The notes: generated by a model not told the origin, from the sequence alone. A stretch of DNA of 64,000 nt from an uncultured Poribacteria bacterium (GCA_958296125.1 OY282444.1:1543940-1607939), one strand, 5' to 3'. Counted from the stretch's first letter, positions 16,771-27,407 are shown. Numbers and translations: made by a program.

Positions 16771-19700
16771 CTACTCAACCACGACAATCTTCCCGACCAC
16801 ATTTGTGAGGTTGCTCGTTACCACATCCTCTGCTTCCAAACGGAAGATATAGATTCCACGGGCGACATCGGCACCGGACTGATTGGTTAGATCCCACATC
16901 ACTTCATTGTCGCTCCTGCCAGCCCTCAGGTCGCTAAATCTCTTTTCGTACACCAAGTCACCGGCAAAATCATAGATACTCAAGGCGATCCGTGCGCCTT
17001 CCCCACCGGGAACATTGACTTCAAAGGAGAAGTGGGCAACTTCGCCGTTTGAACGCCTTGAGAGACTGAGTGGGTTGGGCCAAACATACGTCGGGCCTTT
17101 GAAGATAAGCGACACCGAGAAGTTGACAGTCACGGCATCGTAAATACCGATATTACCAGCGCGATCGGTGACGCGAATATCAAGGTTGTATTCACCGGAC
17201 TGGGCAGGCAGAAAATCAATCGACCAGCGACTCCAGGGATCTTCCTCCTCATCACTGTCATCTTTTGCAGCAACCGGATCGATGGGTTGGTCATCGGGGC
17301 CAGTACCGACAATTTCAATCAGTGCGACTTCAGACGCAGGGATATCGTTCTCTGACGGGTCATGCGCGGTGCCTTGTAATGGTAACGGTTCATCTTCAAA
17401 GGTCGTTTCCCCAACTAAATCTGTTAGCTCAACGACCGGCTTCGTCGTTTCAAAGAGGAACTGCGTCGTGACTGAGTCAGTTGGTTGGAAGCCAAGATTT
17501 GCAGCGTCCAAACCGACGCTGGTAATAGTCACCTGATAAAGTCCCTGGTCATCGAGCGGTCCAGATTTGAAGCGGATGCGGTCGGTGCCGTTCTGCGTCG
17601 TGGTGCCGCTGATAATGTTTCCGGAGGGAGAACGCACGGTAATCGACGAGTTGACCAGGTCGGCTCCAAGGCCCTGGCTGCCATCCGGATTGACATCGGA
17701 AAGTTTTGCGTCAATAATGATGCTGCCGCTCTTGTTGGTCGCCGAAGGGTAATACGGATCATTTGAATCAGTAAGCAACGGTTGCCCATCAATGAACAAC
17801 GAGCTAGTGTCGACCCCCGGCGGGCGTGTATCGTAGAAGAAGCGATATGTAACGACTTGAGTGACATTCCCCGCACGGTCCTTCGGAGCAATTGTTAATT
17901 GATATATACCATCTTGACTTCCATCGCTGGCAAGTGGCATAATCAGCGTTAATAAAAGGGCTTGTTCTTCATCGGTGGTAAGCGTTCCCTCAATCTTGCG
18001 GTTCCCTTTAACCTCATCAAGCGTAATCCATGATCCATCAAGGTTATCCCAATCCACCCCGGAACTTGGCTCGTCATCCGTAATAACTGCACCGACCGAA
18101 ACCAGCGAATTATTGGTGCCCGGTTCGGCAACAATCAGTTGGATCGAGTCCGGATCCACCTCGGGTGAAACGGTATCGTAGACAAAGCTAAACTGCTCTG
18201 GTGCTCCCTGTCGCCCTGCACTATTGACAGGCATTACTGAAATGGTATAAACACCATCATCGGAGCCATCGGCAGCAAGTTCCCGTAAGAGTCGATAAAT
18301 GAACATTTTTCCCTGACGCACCTGCTGTCCTGGGACGGTTGTGCCATCGGGGGCAAGCAATGTAATCGTAGAACGGTTAGCCTCCCCATCGTCCAATTGA
18401 AATTCAGCTTCCACCTGACGAAGTGGCTCATTTGTGAATCCTTCGCTGTCTTTGCCGGGAGCCGGGGGCTTCCCCTTCGTGGTTTTTGGAACGGTTGAAA
18501 CGACAACCGGCATACCGGATGAAAAGGTGAAGTGTGCCTCAAACGGAGCGTTTAATCCGTTGCCCGCGCGATCAATCGCCTCCACACGGATTGTATAATT
18601 GCCGTCTGCCACAAGGCCGTTAATTTGCAACGTCAGCTTTCGATACCCATCGTTGCTCTGCACACCCTGAATTGGAGTCCCGGTCGGATCCAACAGCGTC
18701 AACGCCGATGCGGCGAAATTGATGCCACTATCACCAAGGTCATTCAGGTTTGCCGTAATCAGCGTAATATCATCACTACGGAGGTCACCATCGGTCGGAT
18801 CGGTGCTGACAAGTGTTGGGGCTTGGGTATCGTAAACGAGTTGATGCAAAAGCGAGTTCAGGTTGCCTGCCTTGTCCGTCAACTCTAGGCTGACAGTGTA
18901 TACCCCATCGTCGCTCCCATCGGCTGTAAGGGGCTGAGAAAGCGTCAGGAAAATTTGAGCCGCACCATCATTGGTCTGAACCGCTGCTACGACGTTCCCC
19001 CCTGCATCTCGAAGTTGAAGACGTTGGCTATCAATCTCTAAACCCGCCGGCCCCACATCTTCAACTTGAGCGGCGATTTGGATAAGCTGCTGACCGATGT
19101 AGGATAGCGGCTGCGTCGCATCAATTGGCGTTACCGAAGCCACTTCGGGCTCCTGTGTATCAAGTGTGAATTGATGCCGAGACGGTATTCCCAATCGGGC
19201 ACCACTATTGACAGGGGTGACCGTCACGGTGTAAACGCCATCCGCTGAACCATCTATGGCAAGCTGTAGCGGTCTCCACGCAATTTGATTCTCTCCACGC
19301 GAGGTCTGAACCCCTTCAACTTCACCATCGGAACCAGTTACGGCAATTGTCGAACCATCCGATGTCAAATTCAAACCAGTGCCACTGACATCTTCAAGCG
19401 TTGCGACGATTTCGTCCAGCCGATTCACATATTCGACCGGTGCCGTTTGACCGTCGATTGTCACAGCAGAAACAGTAGAACGCTCAAGTTCCAGATTGAA
19501 TTGGTACTCGATAGCGTGACTCGAGACGTTGCCTGATAGGTCGCGCGGTGTGATTTCAAGAGTATACGCCCCTGTCTGATACAACGAGGCAAAGCTGACG
19601 ATGATTGTATCGACTCCATCATCGCGGATGTTGATGCCGAGCGGCGCATTCCCTGGACCGAGTAATTGGACACTTGTGCCAACCCAATCTATGCCGCTCA

Positions 19701-22700
19701 CCGGTGTCGTTTCACCGTTCGCATCAGAAAGCTTGATAGTCAATCCATCAAAGGAACTTGCAATGGCTGTTAATCCGCTTGCTGGAATGACTGTTAGTGG
19801 ATTGGTATCCCCCGTCACGGAGACGATAGTTGGAATAAGCGTGTCGTAGATGAGTTGATGTGAAAGTGAGTTCAGGTTGCCTGCCTTGTCCGTCAACTCT
19901 AGGTTGACAGTGTAGACTCCATCGTCGCTCCCATCGGTTGCAAGGGGCTGAGAAAGCGTCAGGAAAATTTGAGCCGCCCCATCATTGGTCTGAACCGCTG
20001 CTACGACGTTCCCCCCTACATCTCGAAGTTGAAGCCGTTGGCTATCAATCTCTAAACCCGCCGGCCCCACATCTTCAACTTGAGCGGCGATTTGGATAAG
20101 CTGCTGACCGATGTAGGATAGCGGCTGCGTCGCATCAATTGGCGTTACCGAAGCCACTTCGGGCTCCTGTGTATCAAGCGTGAATTGATGCCGAGACGGT
20201 ATTCCCAATCGGGCACCACTATTGATAGGGGTGACCGTCACGGTGTAAACGCCATCCGCTGAACCATCTGTGGCGAGCTGTAGCGGTCTCCACGCAATCT
20301 GATGCTCTCCGCGTGAGGTCTGAACCCCTTCAACTTCACCATCGGGACCAGTTACGGTAATTGTTGAACCATCTGATGTCAAATTCAAGCCGGTGCCGCT
20401 GGCATCCTCAAGCGTTGCAACGATTTCGTCCAGCCGATTCACATATTCGACCGGTGCCGTTTGACCGTCGATTGTCACAACAGAAACAGCAGAACGCTCA
20501 AGTTCCAGATTGAATTGGTACTCGATGGCGTGTCTTGACACATTTCCTGCCAAGTCCCGTGGTGTGATTTCGAGGATATAAGTCCCTGTCTGATACAACG
20601 AGGCAAAACTGACGGTAATGGTATCGACCCCATCATCGCGGATGTTGATACCGAGCGGCGCATTCCCTGGACCGAGCAATTGAACACTTGTGCCAACCCA
20701 ATCTATGCCGCTCACCGGTGTCGTTGCATCATTCGCATCAGAAAGCTTGATAACCAACCCTTCAAATGGTTGTTCGATGGCTGCAAATTCATCTGGTAGG
20801 AGGACTGTTAGTGGGTTGGTGTACCCCGTCACGGAGACGATAGTTGGAATAAGCGTGTCGTAGACAAATGTATGCTCGCTATCTACACGGTTCCCCACTT
20901 TATCGAAAAGCGACAGTTGGATGGTATATTCTCCATCCGCTGACCCATCTCGTGATAGCGGCTGGTTCAATTCCCAAGTAATTGATGATTGCGCTTCCTC
21001 TACCGTTTGATGACCGGGAATTGCTGATTGGTCTGGAGCTTTTAGGAAAATCGTTGCACGATCAAAATCAATGCCTTCACCGCTGTAGTCTTGGAATGTT
21101 GCACTGACTTCGGTGAGTTGGGCGACAGCGGTAAATTCCGCCGGTGTTGTAGAAATAACCTCAGGTTTGCGCGTACCGTAGAAAAATTGGAACTCAACTG
21201 GGTTTGTGAGCGTGTTACCCGCTAAATCTGTGGGAGTTACTCGCACCCGGTAGGACCCATCGTCGGATCCATCGGCACGTAACGAATTAAATGAAAGGAA
21301 AACCGTATCTACCCCGTTATCGGTCTGGTTCGCGCCAACCAGTGTCCCTTCTGGCCCGACGAGGTTTACGGTTGTCCGCAAGACATCCATACCGCTGCCC
21401 GCTCCATCAGAGAATCCTACCGTAATCTGATTGATTGGAGACGTAATCAGTTGCGTCTCCACTCCGAGCAGTTCTATGCGCTCCCCATCGCTCTGTGTAA
21501 CGAGAGGGGTATGGATAGTGGGTGCCTGCGTGTCGTAGCGTAGTGCAAAGGTCTCTTCTTTCACGTATCCCGCTTTATCGACAGCCCTGACATGGAGCGA
21601 GTACAGCCCATCAAAGTTGCCTTCGCGGGTGAGAGGAGTTTCCAGTTCCCACCCGATTGTCATGTCATCATCATGATATGGTGAACCGGGGACGACCCCA
21701 CCCGAAGCATTCAACAACTGAATGGTCGACCGCCTAAAATCAATGCCGGTGCCAGCATCACTAACTGTCGCTTCCACCCGCGTCAGAAATTCATTTACGT
21801 TGGAGACAGTTTGCGTCAGTTCAATGTGACTTACCGCTTGGATGGTCGGCTCCTCGGCATCGTAAATAAACCGCTGCGGAATACTGGGGTTGCCCGCTCG
21901 ATCCACCAGCGTAACGACAAGGGTATACATGCCCTCCTCTAACAGTGCTTCAGAGCGAAACGCGAACTGACTGATACCATCGTCCGTTTGTGCACCGCCA
22001 ATTCTAGCGTTGTTTGCATCAAACAGTTCAAAGGTTGATGCAGCAGCGTCAAATCCACTTCCCTGTACACCCTCAAAATCGTCAGTCACTTCAAGTTCAA
22101 CTTCAATCCGCTCTGTGGTAAGCGGATTTGCGGCCTGCGGACGGGAGGCAACGATGATTGTCGGGGGTTGGCTGTCAAAAGTCAGAATAAAATCCGCCGT
22201 GAATGCTTCACCGATGAGATCTGTATATTGGACGTTGACAGTGTATCGGCCATCTGCTGAACCGTCTCGGGAAAGGGGCCTATCAACTGTCCAGACAAGA
22301 CGAGCATTCTGCTCATCTGCTATCACGGGTTTTGCTTCCACACTTGCCCCATTTCTGCTGACTGTTACCGTTGATTTTGATTCGGAAAAATCAAGACCCG
22401 GACCGATGTAGTCGAACAGTTGAACATCGATTGTTGTCAGGGTATTGATTCGGGTTTCGGTGGGAGTATTCAGACGAATCTCCGGCATCCTTGACGCAAC
22501 AAAAAATTGACGGAGCACAGTTGCTCCAGCATTGTTGGCACCATCTACAGGAGTGATTTCAATGGTGTATTCACCGTCCTCCGAACCGTCGATTGCCAGT
22601 ACTTCTGTCAATGTCAGAAAAACTGTGTCTCTACCGTTATTGCGTACCTCCGTATTCACTTCACTTCCGTCGGTGCGGAGCACCCTCACACCGGTGGCAG

Positions 22701-24786
22701 AAACATCAATCCCACTGACAGTATTCAGGACAACCGACACTTGCGAGAGGGCGGAAACGGTTTCGTTTTGAGCAGGAGTTGTCGAAACGATAGCGGGAAC
22801 TTGCGTATCGTAGGCGAACTCAAAGTTCTCCGTCTGAGAATTGCTCGCCTTGTCCGTCAATCTAACTCGAATGCGATAAATGCCGTCCTGGCTCCCATTG
22901 TGGCGTTCCAGCGGCTGGGTCAGTCGAAATTGTAGTGTGTCATTATCCTCATCAGGCGTTAGAGTCCCTTGAACTGGAATTGGTACAACGATGAGGTTAC
23001 TCTCGAAACGAACCATTCCAATCGTTGTTGCACTAAAATCAATGCCACTGCCGTTTTCATCGTTGAGAGTAGCTGTCACCACGGATAGAGAACTGTTTAG
23101 GAAGGTTTTTGCCCCCACCGAAGGGTTTAGTTGAGCTCCCGCCTCTGATGTCAGTGAAACTAACTCGGGGGCTTGGGTATCATAGCTGAAAGGAATCTGA
23201 ATCTCAACCGCATTCCCCGCACGATCTTGAGACTGCACCGTAATCGTGTAATCCCCATCGTCAGAACCATCCGTCGCAAGCGGAGCCCCCAGCGTCCAGC
23301 GGATGCTTTTTGCGCTGAATTGACGTTGGCTCCCAGCTACTACGGCTCCCCCTAGACCGTTCAAGCGAATCGTCGAAGCACTAAAATTCACCCTAGAGTC
23401 AATGTTATCCGCCAAGGTCGCCTCAATGAAAGTAAATTGTGTGTTGGTACTTGCATCGGGAGTCAACTCACCGTCATTAGTTGCAACGCTTGTTATCGTC
23501 GGTGCAACGTTATCAAAGGTGAAACTGACTCTATCTCGGACGATATTGCCGGCTTTATCTGCTCCAGAAACACGAATCGTGTAAACGCCGTTCTCGTTAC
23601 TGGAATCGAGCCCCCGATCGAGCGTCAGGGTTATGCGACCTGCATCTTCATCATAAATGAGAGCGCCATTACTTTGTGCACCGCGCGTATTTTCTAAGAC
23701 AATCTCCGTGAAGCTTGAACGAAAATCAATAGGACTGCCGTCACCTGCGTCGAATATCGCCTCAATCTGTTCAACGGGTGTGTTCCGAAACGAGTTCCGA
23801 TCCGGTGTTATCTCGGAAATGGTTGGAGACTCGGTGTCAATTTGGAAAGTACCAATTCCAAAAGTCCCCACGTTACCCCCCTTGTCGCTGCCATACAGTT
23901 GGACGATGTAGCTGCCGTCACTTAGCGGCGTACCCAAGCCATCACTTCCCGTCCAAGTAAATGAGTGGTTACCTTCCGTAAGGCGGGTCAGAGGAACTGC
24001 CGGCTGATCTGACGGATTGATAAATTTCAACTCAAGCTCCGTTAAATCCTCGGAAAGTCCGTAGCGGATTTGTGTTGCATCCCTGATGGAGTCTCTATTC
24101 GGTGACAAATCATGTTGGGATACAGTGGCTGATAGTTGCGGCAGCGTATTGTCAATTACCACTGAAAACTCACGTACAGCGTGCCCCGTCTCTGCACTAT
24201 TAACACTGTCATTGGGAATACCGTCAATTTCGATTTTAATCCGATAGTTTCCATCGTTAAGCAGGCGTGGACTTTTCTCTTCCTGATCGCTTGAAAAATC
24301 ATTTCCGTTCCACGCCTTGCGGATGGCTCTTGGATCATCTTCTGCATCAATACCAGCACCGAGTTCACCGGTTACTACCCAATCTTCTTCAGGATCAAAT
24401 CGGCCATCAGGTGTACCAATCCCACTTGGGCCATGGGTATCAATGATGATCCGGTAATCACCGAGTTCACCATCGGTGACAAAGCTGATAAGGAGCGTAT
24501 CTTGTACACCATCTCCATTTGGGCTAAAAACAGTATCTTCATTGATATCATCAATCACCTGTGGTGGGTTTTGAAAGCGTAACGCCCAAACGAGCGATTC
24601 GCCACTCAGAAAGAAAAAGGACGGGAAAAATTGGAACAAAAGAATAAGGATGAATAGATAGCATCCGTTTTTAGAAAATAGTGTAGAAAGTGTTTGTTTT
24701 TTCGAGTATGGCTGGTGTTGTTTTGCAGTTTTGATAATTCGCACGCATTTCCCCCTACGGGTAGCTCCGCAGTTAAGTGTGGTCAT
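16771..24786 (-). CDS. Giant T9SS-secreted adhesin-like protein with tandem Big_5/FlgD-type Ig-like domains and a type-A T9SS C-terminal sorting domain
   Basis: The ORF runs to 25014, but the probable start is Met-77 (MTTLN...), followed by a basic stretch and the hydrophobic segment CYLFILILLFQFFPSFFFL. FlgD-Ig-like motifs (FSPNGDGVQDT) are present. About 25 repeats of ~95 aa end in D(K/R/L)AGN (Big_5-like). The last ~90 aa (VWPNPLSL...IALSIYDFAGDLV...MWDLTNQSG...GIYIFRLEA...KIVVVE) match the Por_Secre_tail (TIGR04183) pattern. Confidence 0.85.
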   Translation of the reverse strand: MTTLNCGATRRGKCVRIIKTAKQHQPYSKKQTLSTLFSKNGCYLFILILLFQFFPSFFFLSGESLVWALRFQNPPQVIDDINEDTVFSPNGDGVQDTLLISFVTDGELGDYRIIIDTHGPSGIGTPDGRFDPEEDWVVTGELGAGIDAEDDPRAIRKAWNGNDFSSDQEEKSPRLLNDGNYRIKIEIDGIPNDSVNSAETGHAVREFSVVIDNTLPQLSATVSQHDLSPNRDSIRDATQIRYGLSEDLTELELKFINPSDQPAVPLTRLTEGNHSFTWTGSDGLGTPLSDGSYIVQLYGSDKGGNVGTFGIGTFQIDTESPTISEITPDRNSFRNTPVEQIEAIFDAGDGSPIDFRSSFTEIVLENTRGAQSNGALIYDEDAGRITLTLDRGLDSSNENGVYTIRVSGADKAGNIVRDRVSFTFDNVAPTITSVATNDGELTPDASTNTQFTFIEATLADNIDSRVNFSASTIRLNGLGGAVVAGSQRQFSAKSIRWTLGAPLATDGSDDGDYTITVQSQDRAGNAVEIQIPFSYDTQAPELVSLTSEAGAQLNPSVGAKTFLNSSLSVVTATLNDENGSGIDFSATTIGMVRFESNLIVVPIPVQGTLTPDEDNDTLQFRLTQPLERHNGSQDGIYRIRVRLTDKASNSQTENFEFAYDTQVPAIVSTTPAQNETVSALSQVSVVLNTVSGIDVSATGVRVLRTDGSEVNTEVRNNGRDTVFLTLTEVLAIDGSEDGEYTIEITPVDGANNAGATVLRQFFVASRMPEIRLNTPTETRINTLTTIDVQLFDYIGPGLDFSESKSTVTVSRNGASVEAKPVIADEQNARLVWTVDRPLSRDGSADGRYTVNVQYTDLIGEAFTADFILTFDSQPPTIIVASRPQAANPLTTERIEVELEVTDDFEGVQGSGFDAAASTFELFDANNARIGGAQTDDGISQFAFRSEALLEEGMYTLVVTLVDRAGNPSIPQRFIYDAEEPTIQAVSHIELTQTVSNVNEFLTRVEATVSDAGTGIDFRRSTIQLLNASGGVVPGSPYHDDDMTIGWELETPLTREGNFDGLYSLHVRAVDKAGYVKEETFALRYDTQAPTIHTPLVTQSDGERIELLGVETQLITSPINQITVGFSDGAGSGMDVLRTTVNLVGPEGTLVGANQTDNGVDTVFLSFNSLRADGSDDGSYRVRVTPTDLAGNTLTNPVEFQFFYGTRKPEVISTTPAEFTAVAQLTEVSATFQDYSGEGIDFDRATIFLKAPDQSAIPGHQTVEEAQSSITWELNQPLSRDGSADGEYTIQLSLFDKVGNRVDSEHTFVYDTLIPTIVSVTGYTNPLTVLLPDEFAAIEQPFEGLVIKLSDANDATTPVSGIDWVGTSVQLLGPGNAPLGINIRDDGVDTITVSFASLYQTGTYILEITPRDLAGNVSRHAIEYQFNLELERSAVSVVTIDGQTAPVEYVNRLDEIVATLEDASGTGLNLTSDGSTITVTGPDGEVEGVQTSRGEHQIAWRPLQLATDGSADGVYTVTVTPINSGARLGIPSRHQFTLDTQEPEVASVTPIDATQPLSYIGQQLIQIAAQVEDVGPAGLEIDSQRLQLRDVGGNVVAAVQTNDGAAQIFLTLSQPLATDGSDDGVYTVNLELTDKAGNLNSLSHQLIYDTLIPTIVSVTGDTNPLTVIPASGLTAIASSFDGLTIKLSDANGETTPVSGIDWVGTSVQLLGPGNAPLGINIRDDGVDTIIVSFASLYQTGAYTLEITPRDLSGNVSSHAIEYQFNLELERSTVSAVTIDGQTAPVEYVNRLDEIVATLEDVSGTGLNLTSDGSTIAVTGSDGEVEGVQTSRGENQIAWRPLQLAIDGSADGVYTVTVTPVNSGARLGIPSRHQFTLDTQEPEVASVTPIDATQPLSYIGQQLIQIAAQVEDVGPAGLEIDSQRLQLRDAGGNVVAAVQTNDGAAQIFLTLSQPLTADGSDDGVYTVSLELTDKAGNLNSLLHQLVYDTQAPTLVSTDPTDGDLRSDDITLITANLNDLGDSGINFAASALTLLDPTGTPIQGVQSNDGYRKLTLQINGLVADGNYTIRVEAIDRAGNGLNAPFEAHFTFSSGMPVVVSTVPKTTKGKPPAPGKDSEGFTNEPLRQVEAEFQLDDGEANRSTITLLAPDGTTVPGQQVRQGKMFIYRLLRELAADGSDDGVYTISVMPVNSAGRQGAPEQFSFVYDTVSPEVDPDSIQLIVAEPGTNNSLVSVGAVITDDEPSSGVDWDNLDGSWITLDEVKGNRKIEGTLTTDEEQALLLTLIMPLASDGSQDGIYQLTIAPKDRAGNVTQVVTYRFFYDTRPPGVDTSSLFIDGQPLLTDSNDPYYPSATNKSGSIIIDAKLSDVNPDGSQGLGADLVNSSITVRSPSGNIISGTTTQNGTDRIRFKSGPLDDQGLYQVTITSVGLDAANLGFQPTDSVTTQFLFETTKPVVELTDLVGETTFEDEPLPLQGTAHDPSENDIPASEVALIEIVGTGPDDQPIDPVAAKDDSDEEEDPWSRWSIDFLPAQSGEYNLDIRVTDRAGNIGIYDAVTVNFSVSLIFKGPTYVWPNPLSLSRRSNGEVAHFSFEVNVPGGEGARIALSIYDFAGDLVYEKRFSDLRAGRSDNEVMWDLTNQSGADVARGIYIFRLEAEDVVTSNLTNVVGKIVVVE
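18838..20865. repeat. Intragenic near-identical tandem duplication, two 1014-bp units (338 aa each, about three Ig-like domains per unit)
   Basis: Unit 1 spans 18838-19851 and unit 2 spans 19852-20865. The two units are identical over long stretches. The encoded segments LIPTIVSVTG...LIYDT and LIPTIVSVTG...LVYDT differ at ~7% of residues. The antisense ORFs at 19461-19682 and 20475-20696 are offset by exactly 1014 bp. Confidence 0.85.
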
Positions 24787-25041
24787 AAAAGATATCGCTG
24801 AATAAGTGCCTTGATTTTCGCAGAATGCCCCGTTAAGCCGTTCGATGGAGTTCACATACACAGTAACAACAGCCGATACAACGCACCCTGACGCACCTAT
24901 TGGAGGAGACACTGAATCAATGGACCATCGCGGCACGCACTGACAACCCCCGCCAGCTGCAGGCGAGTCGGCATAGCCAGCTAATGCCCCCCTGGTATTT
25001 GACCCGTATCTCATTAGCCGGCAACTGTATTGCGAGCACCC

Positions 25042-25713
25042 CTAATTTGTACCCGGACCGCGGGCACCCCTATTCCAAATGAAACTGTCAACATCCCGGA
25101 TGGGGAGACCAACACGTTCTGCAGCTGCTTCCAAAAGGATAAGTGCCTCAATATCCGAGACGTTTCGGTTTAAGATATCAGATACGAATTTTTTAATGTG
25201 TATGTCAGGCTTTGAAGTCTGTGCGCCAAAGAGCATTCGCAGGTATTGAAAGCCAGCGAGCGCAAAACCTTTGATGTTCAACGTTTGGTAATCTTGAGGC
25301 TTGGCTTGAATTGCCCATTGTTTGAGAGCTTCTTCTTCGGAAATTGTTGGTGCGTTCTCAACAATTGTGCAAACATAACTTACGACAGACTGAAGAATCC
25401 TTGCACGATCCGCGTAATCGTTATTGAGTTCTTGTTTCAGGAATACATGAGATGTCGGGTAGCTATCCATAAGATTTGCTAATTCTACAACCCCTTGTGT
25501 ATCCGGATGGTTCTTCATGAAGGTTTTCAATCGGGGAGTCAGGAACTCGTCGTACTTCCGGTTGAGCGACAGGACACAGTCGATGACTTTAACAGCAGGG
25601 GGGTGTGACCATCCAGGACTCACCGTTACTGATTTAGAAATATCATCTGCAATTTGGGCTAGCCTAGTCGCTACGGCGGCGATGTCAGCCTCCGCAACCC
25701 TAATTTCCCTCAT
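25042..25713 (-). CDS. Hypothetical protein
   Basis: 223-aa ORF with coding-like composition and no recognisable motif. It is divergently placed just upstream of the giant adhesin gene. Confidence 0.35.
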   Translation of the reverse strand: MREIRVAEADIAAVATRLAQIADDISKSVTVSPGWSHPPAVKVIDCVLSLNRKYDEFLTPRLKTFMKNHPDTQGVVELANLMDSYPTSHVFLKQELNNDYADRARILQSVVSYVCTIVENAPTISEEEALKQWAIQAKPQDYQTLNIKGFALAGFQYLRMLFGAQTSKPDIHIKKFVSDILNRNVSDIEALILLEAAAERVGLPIRDVDSFIWNRGARGPGTN

Positions 25714-25972
25714 TTGCCATTTGCTCCTTTTTTGTTGGGATCATATTATTTTTGGATTTTTTTGACATTTCAAACAAGTGACGATTAACCGATCAACTCA
25801 TCAACAATGGAACACAAATCGATTCATTGGACTCGATCTGTGTTAGACGCAAAAATATCAGTTTGGTTGAGAGATTGACTAGGTTGTAGAAAATTGTTTC
25901 AGGGTGGATGATCGGACTGTATTTGTCAACATTCAAGGGCGATCAGGTTTGCATTTGACAACTTTGGTGGTG

Positions 25973-26224
25973 TCAATTTTCTTCTCGCGCTGTTTGATAT
26001 TGCTTTTGAGTGAGTGATTTGAGACGCAGGTTTCGCGTCTCCAGACATTGCGGGCACCTCAATGCGATGTAATACTCTTCACTGAACATCTCATCGAGCC
26101 AATCAGCTCCGATCGACGGTTGATCCCTTTTTGCTAGAAACTCATCCATCACCTCATATTCTCGGTTGCAGTCGGGACAAATCTTCAAATCGTGTCCAAT
26201 TCGGATAATATCTAGCCAACTCAT
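25973..26224 (-). CDS. Small zinc-ribbon protein (two CxxC pairs)
   Basis: 83 aa with CPDC...CPQC spaced ~40 residues apart. Confidence 0.3.
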   Translation of the reverse strand: MSWLDIIRIGHDLKICPDCNREYEVMDEFLAKRDQPSIGADWLDEMFSEEYYIALRCPQCLETRNLRLKSLTQKQYQTAREEN

Positions 26225-26438
26225 ATCTATCCTTTCAAAGATTGTCGCAGATTCCAGACATAAGCGGTAGGGTGTTATTTGGCATAATTGACTCGTATCG
26301 GTTTTTCGTTAAAACACGATCTGCTTACAACGTTCCGATGGGAGTGGAATCCTTCTCACATAGTGGGATATGAAAATGTCTTAGGTGAATGAATCGTGCA
26401 CTTTTAGAGTAGATGTTGCCAGCATCCAACCGTCAATT

Positions 26439-27407
26439 TCACTCAGCCTCCGCACAAAGTTGTGCAGCGTGCTGGACTCGGCGCATCACATCAACATTCG
26501 CCCGGGGGCTGCCTCCCGCATCGATAGTATCAAAGAACCCTCGTAGACTTTCGCGCATGCCTACAAATCCATAAGTCGGTGTCGAGGCGGGAGTGTGCTC
26601 AAGATGCCAATCGCCTGTTTCACCGCGCCATCGCCACCTCCCTGTCTGTAAATCGGCGATAATCTCTCCCGATCGACAGGCAACAGTCAGCTCAATGGCA
26701 GTCTCCTGTGGTACCACCAAGTTGAATTCAATCTGACCGATTCCTCCACTAGAATAAAGCAGCGATGCCCAACCGGCATCCATCAGTGTCCCGTTACTGT
26801 GGCGACCTCCCACAACAGACGCTTGAATCGCATTCTGTTTGAAAATGCAATCCAAGACATCGAGATACCAACCTCCCAACCAAAGGAAGAAACTCTGCCC
26901 CTGAACCTCGTCATACCACGCGCCGCCCGTATACCCCCAGTTACACCACAGACGGATTTTCGCCATCAACGGTTCACCCACCGCGCCGGATTGGAGACAC
27001 GCTAATATATCGTCCATCACCGGCAGGTATCGGAGTTCCAAATCGGCTTGAACCACGCATCCACTTGCTGCCAGCACGTTCAGTACGTGCGTAGCTGTTT
27101 CCGAGTTTGCCGCGACCGGCGGTTCAAAAAACAGATGCTTCTTCGACCCGGCAGCCGCTTGAAGGGCCGATGGGTGAAGGGAATTGGGAAGTGCAATCAA
27201 AACAGCGTCAGCGGTTACATCGTTCAACAGGTCGTGGTAGTCCTCAAATGTCTTCGTTCCCGGACCCAATGTTTGCTTTGCCAGTGCTCTTGTAGTATGA
27301 CTCCGAGCAGAGACAGCCACAACCTGAACCTTTGGCATCTCCGCAAGCAACGGCGCGTAGGCTTGACGAGCCCACTGACCAAAACCGATGATTCCAATAT
27401 TTGTCAT
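26439..27407 (-). CDS. Gfo/Idh/MocA family NAD(P)-dependent oxidoreductase
   Basis: MTNIGIIGFGQWARQAYAPLL Rossmann N-terminus, plus VLIALPNSLH and the EKP-like region typical of the family. Confidence 0.85.
   Translation of the reverse strand: MTNIGIIGFGQWARQAYAPLLAEMPKVQVVAVSARSHTTRALAKQTLGPGTKTFEDYHDLLNDVTADAVLIALPNSLHPSALQAAAGSKKHLFFEPPVAANSETATHVLNVLAASGCVVQADLELRYLPVMDDILACLQSGAVGEPLMAKIRLWCNWGYTGGAWYDEVQGQSFFLWLGGWYLDVLDCIFKQNAIQASVVGGRHSNGTLMDAGWASLLYSSGGIGQIEFNLVVPQETAIELTVACRSGEIIADLQTGRWRWRGETGDWHLEHTPASTPTYGFVGMRESLRGFFDTIDAGGSPRANVDVMRRVQHAAQLCAEAE

Noticed and set aside
17130-23960. Dozens of 60-140-aa ORFs on both strands inside 16771-24786
   Set aside because: All are embedded in, or antisense to, the continuous 2670-aa adhesin reading frame. 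They are repeat-induced shadow ORFs. The identical pair at 19461-19682 and 20475-20696 simply reflects the 1014-bp duplication.
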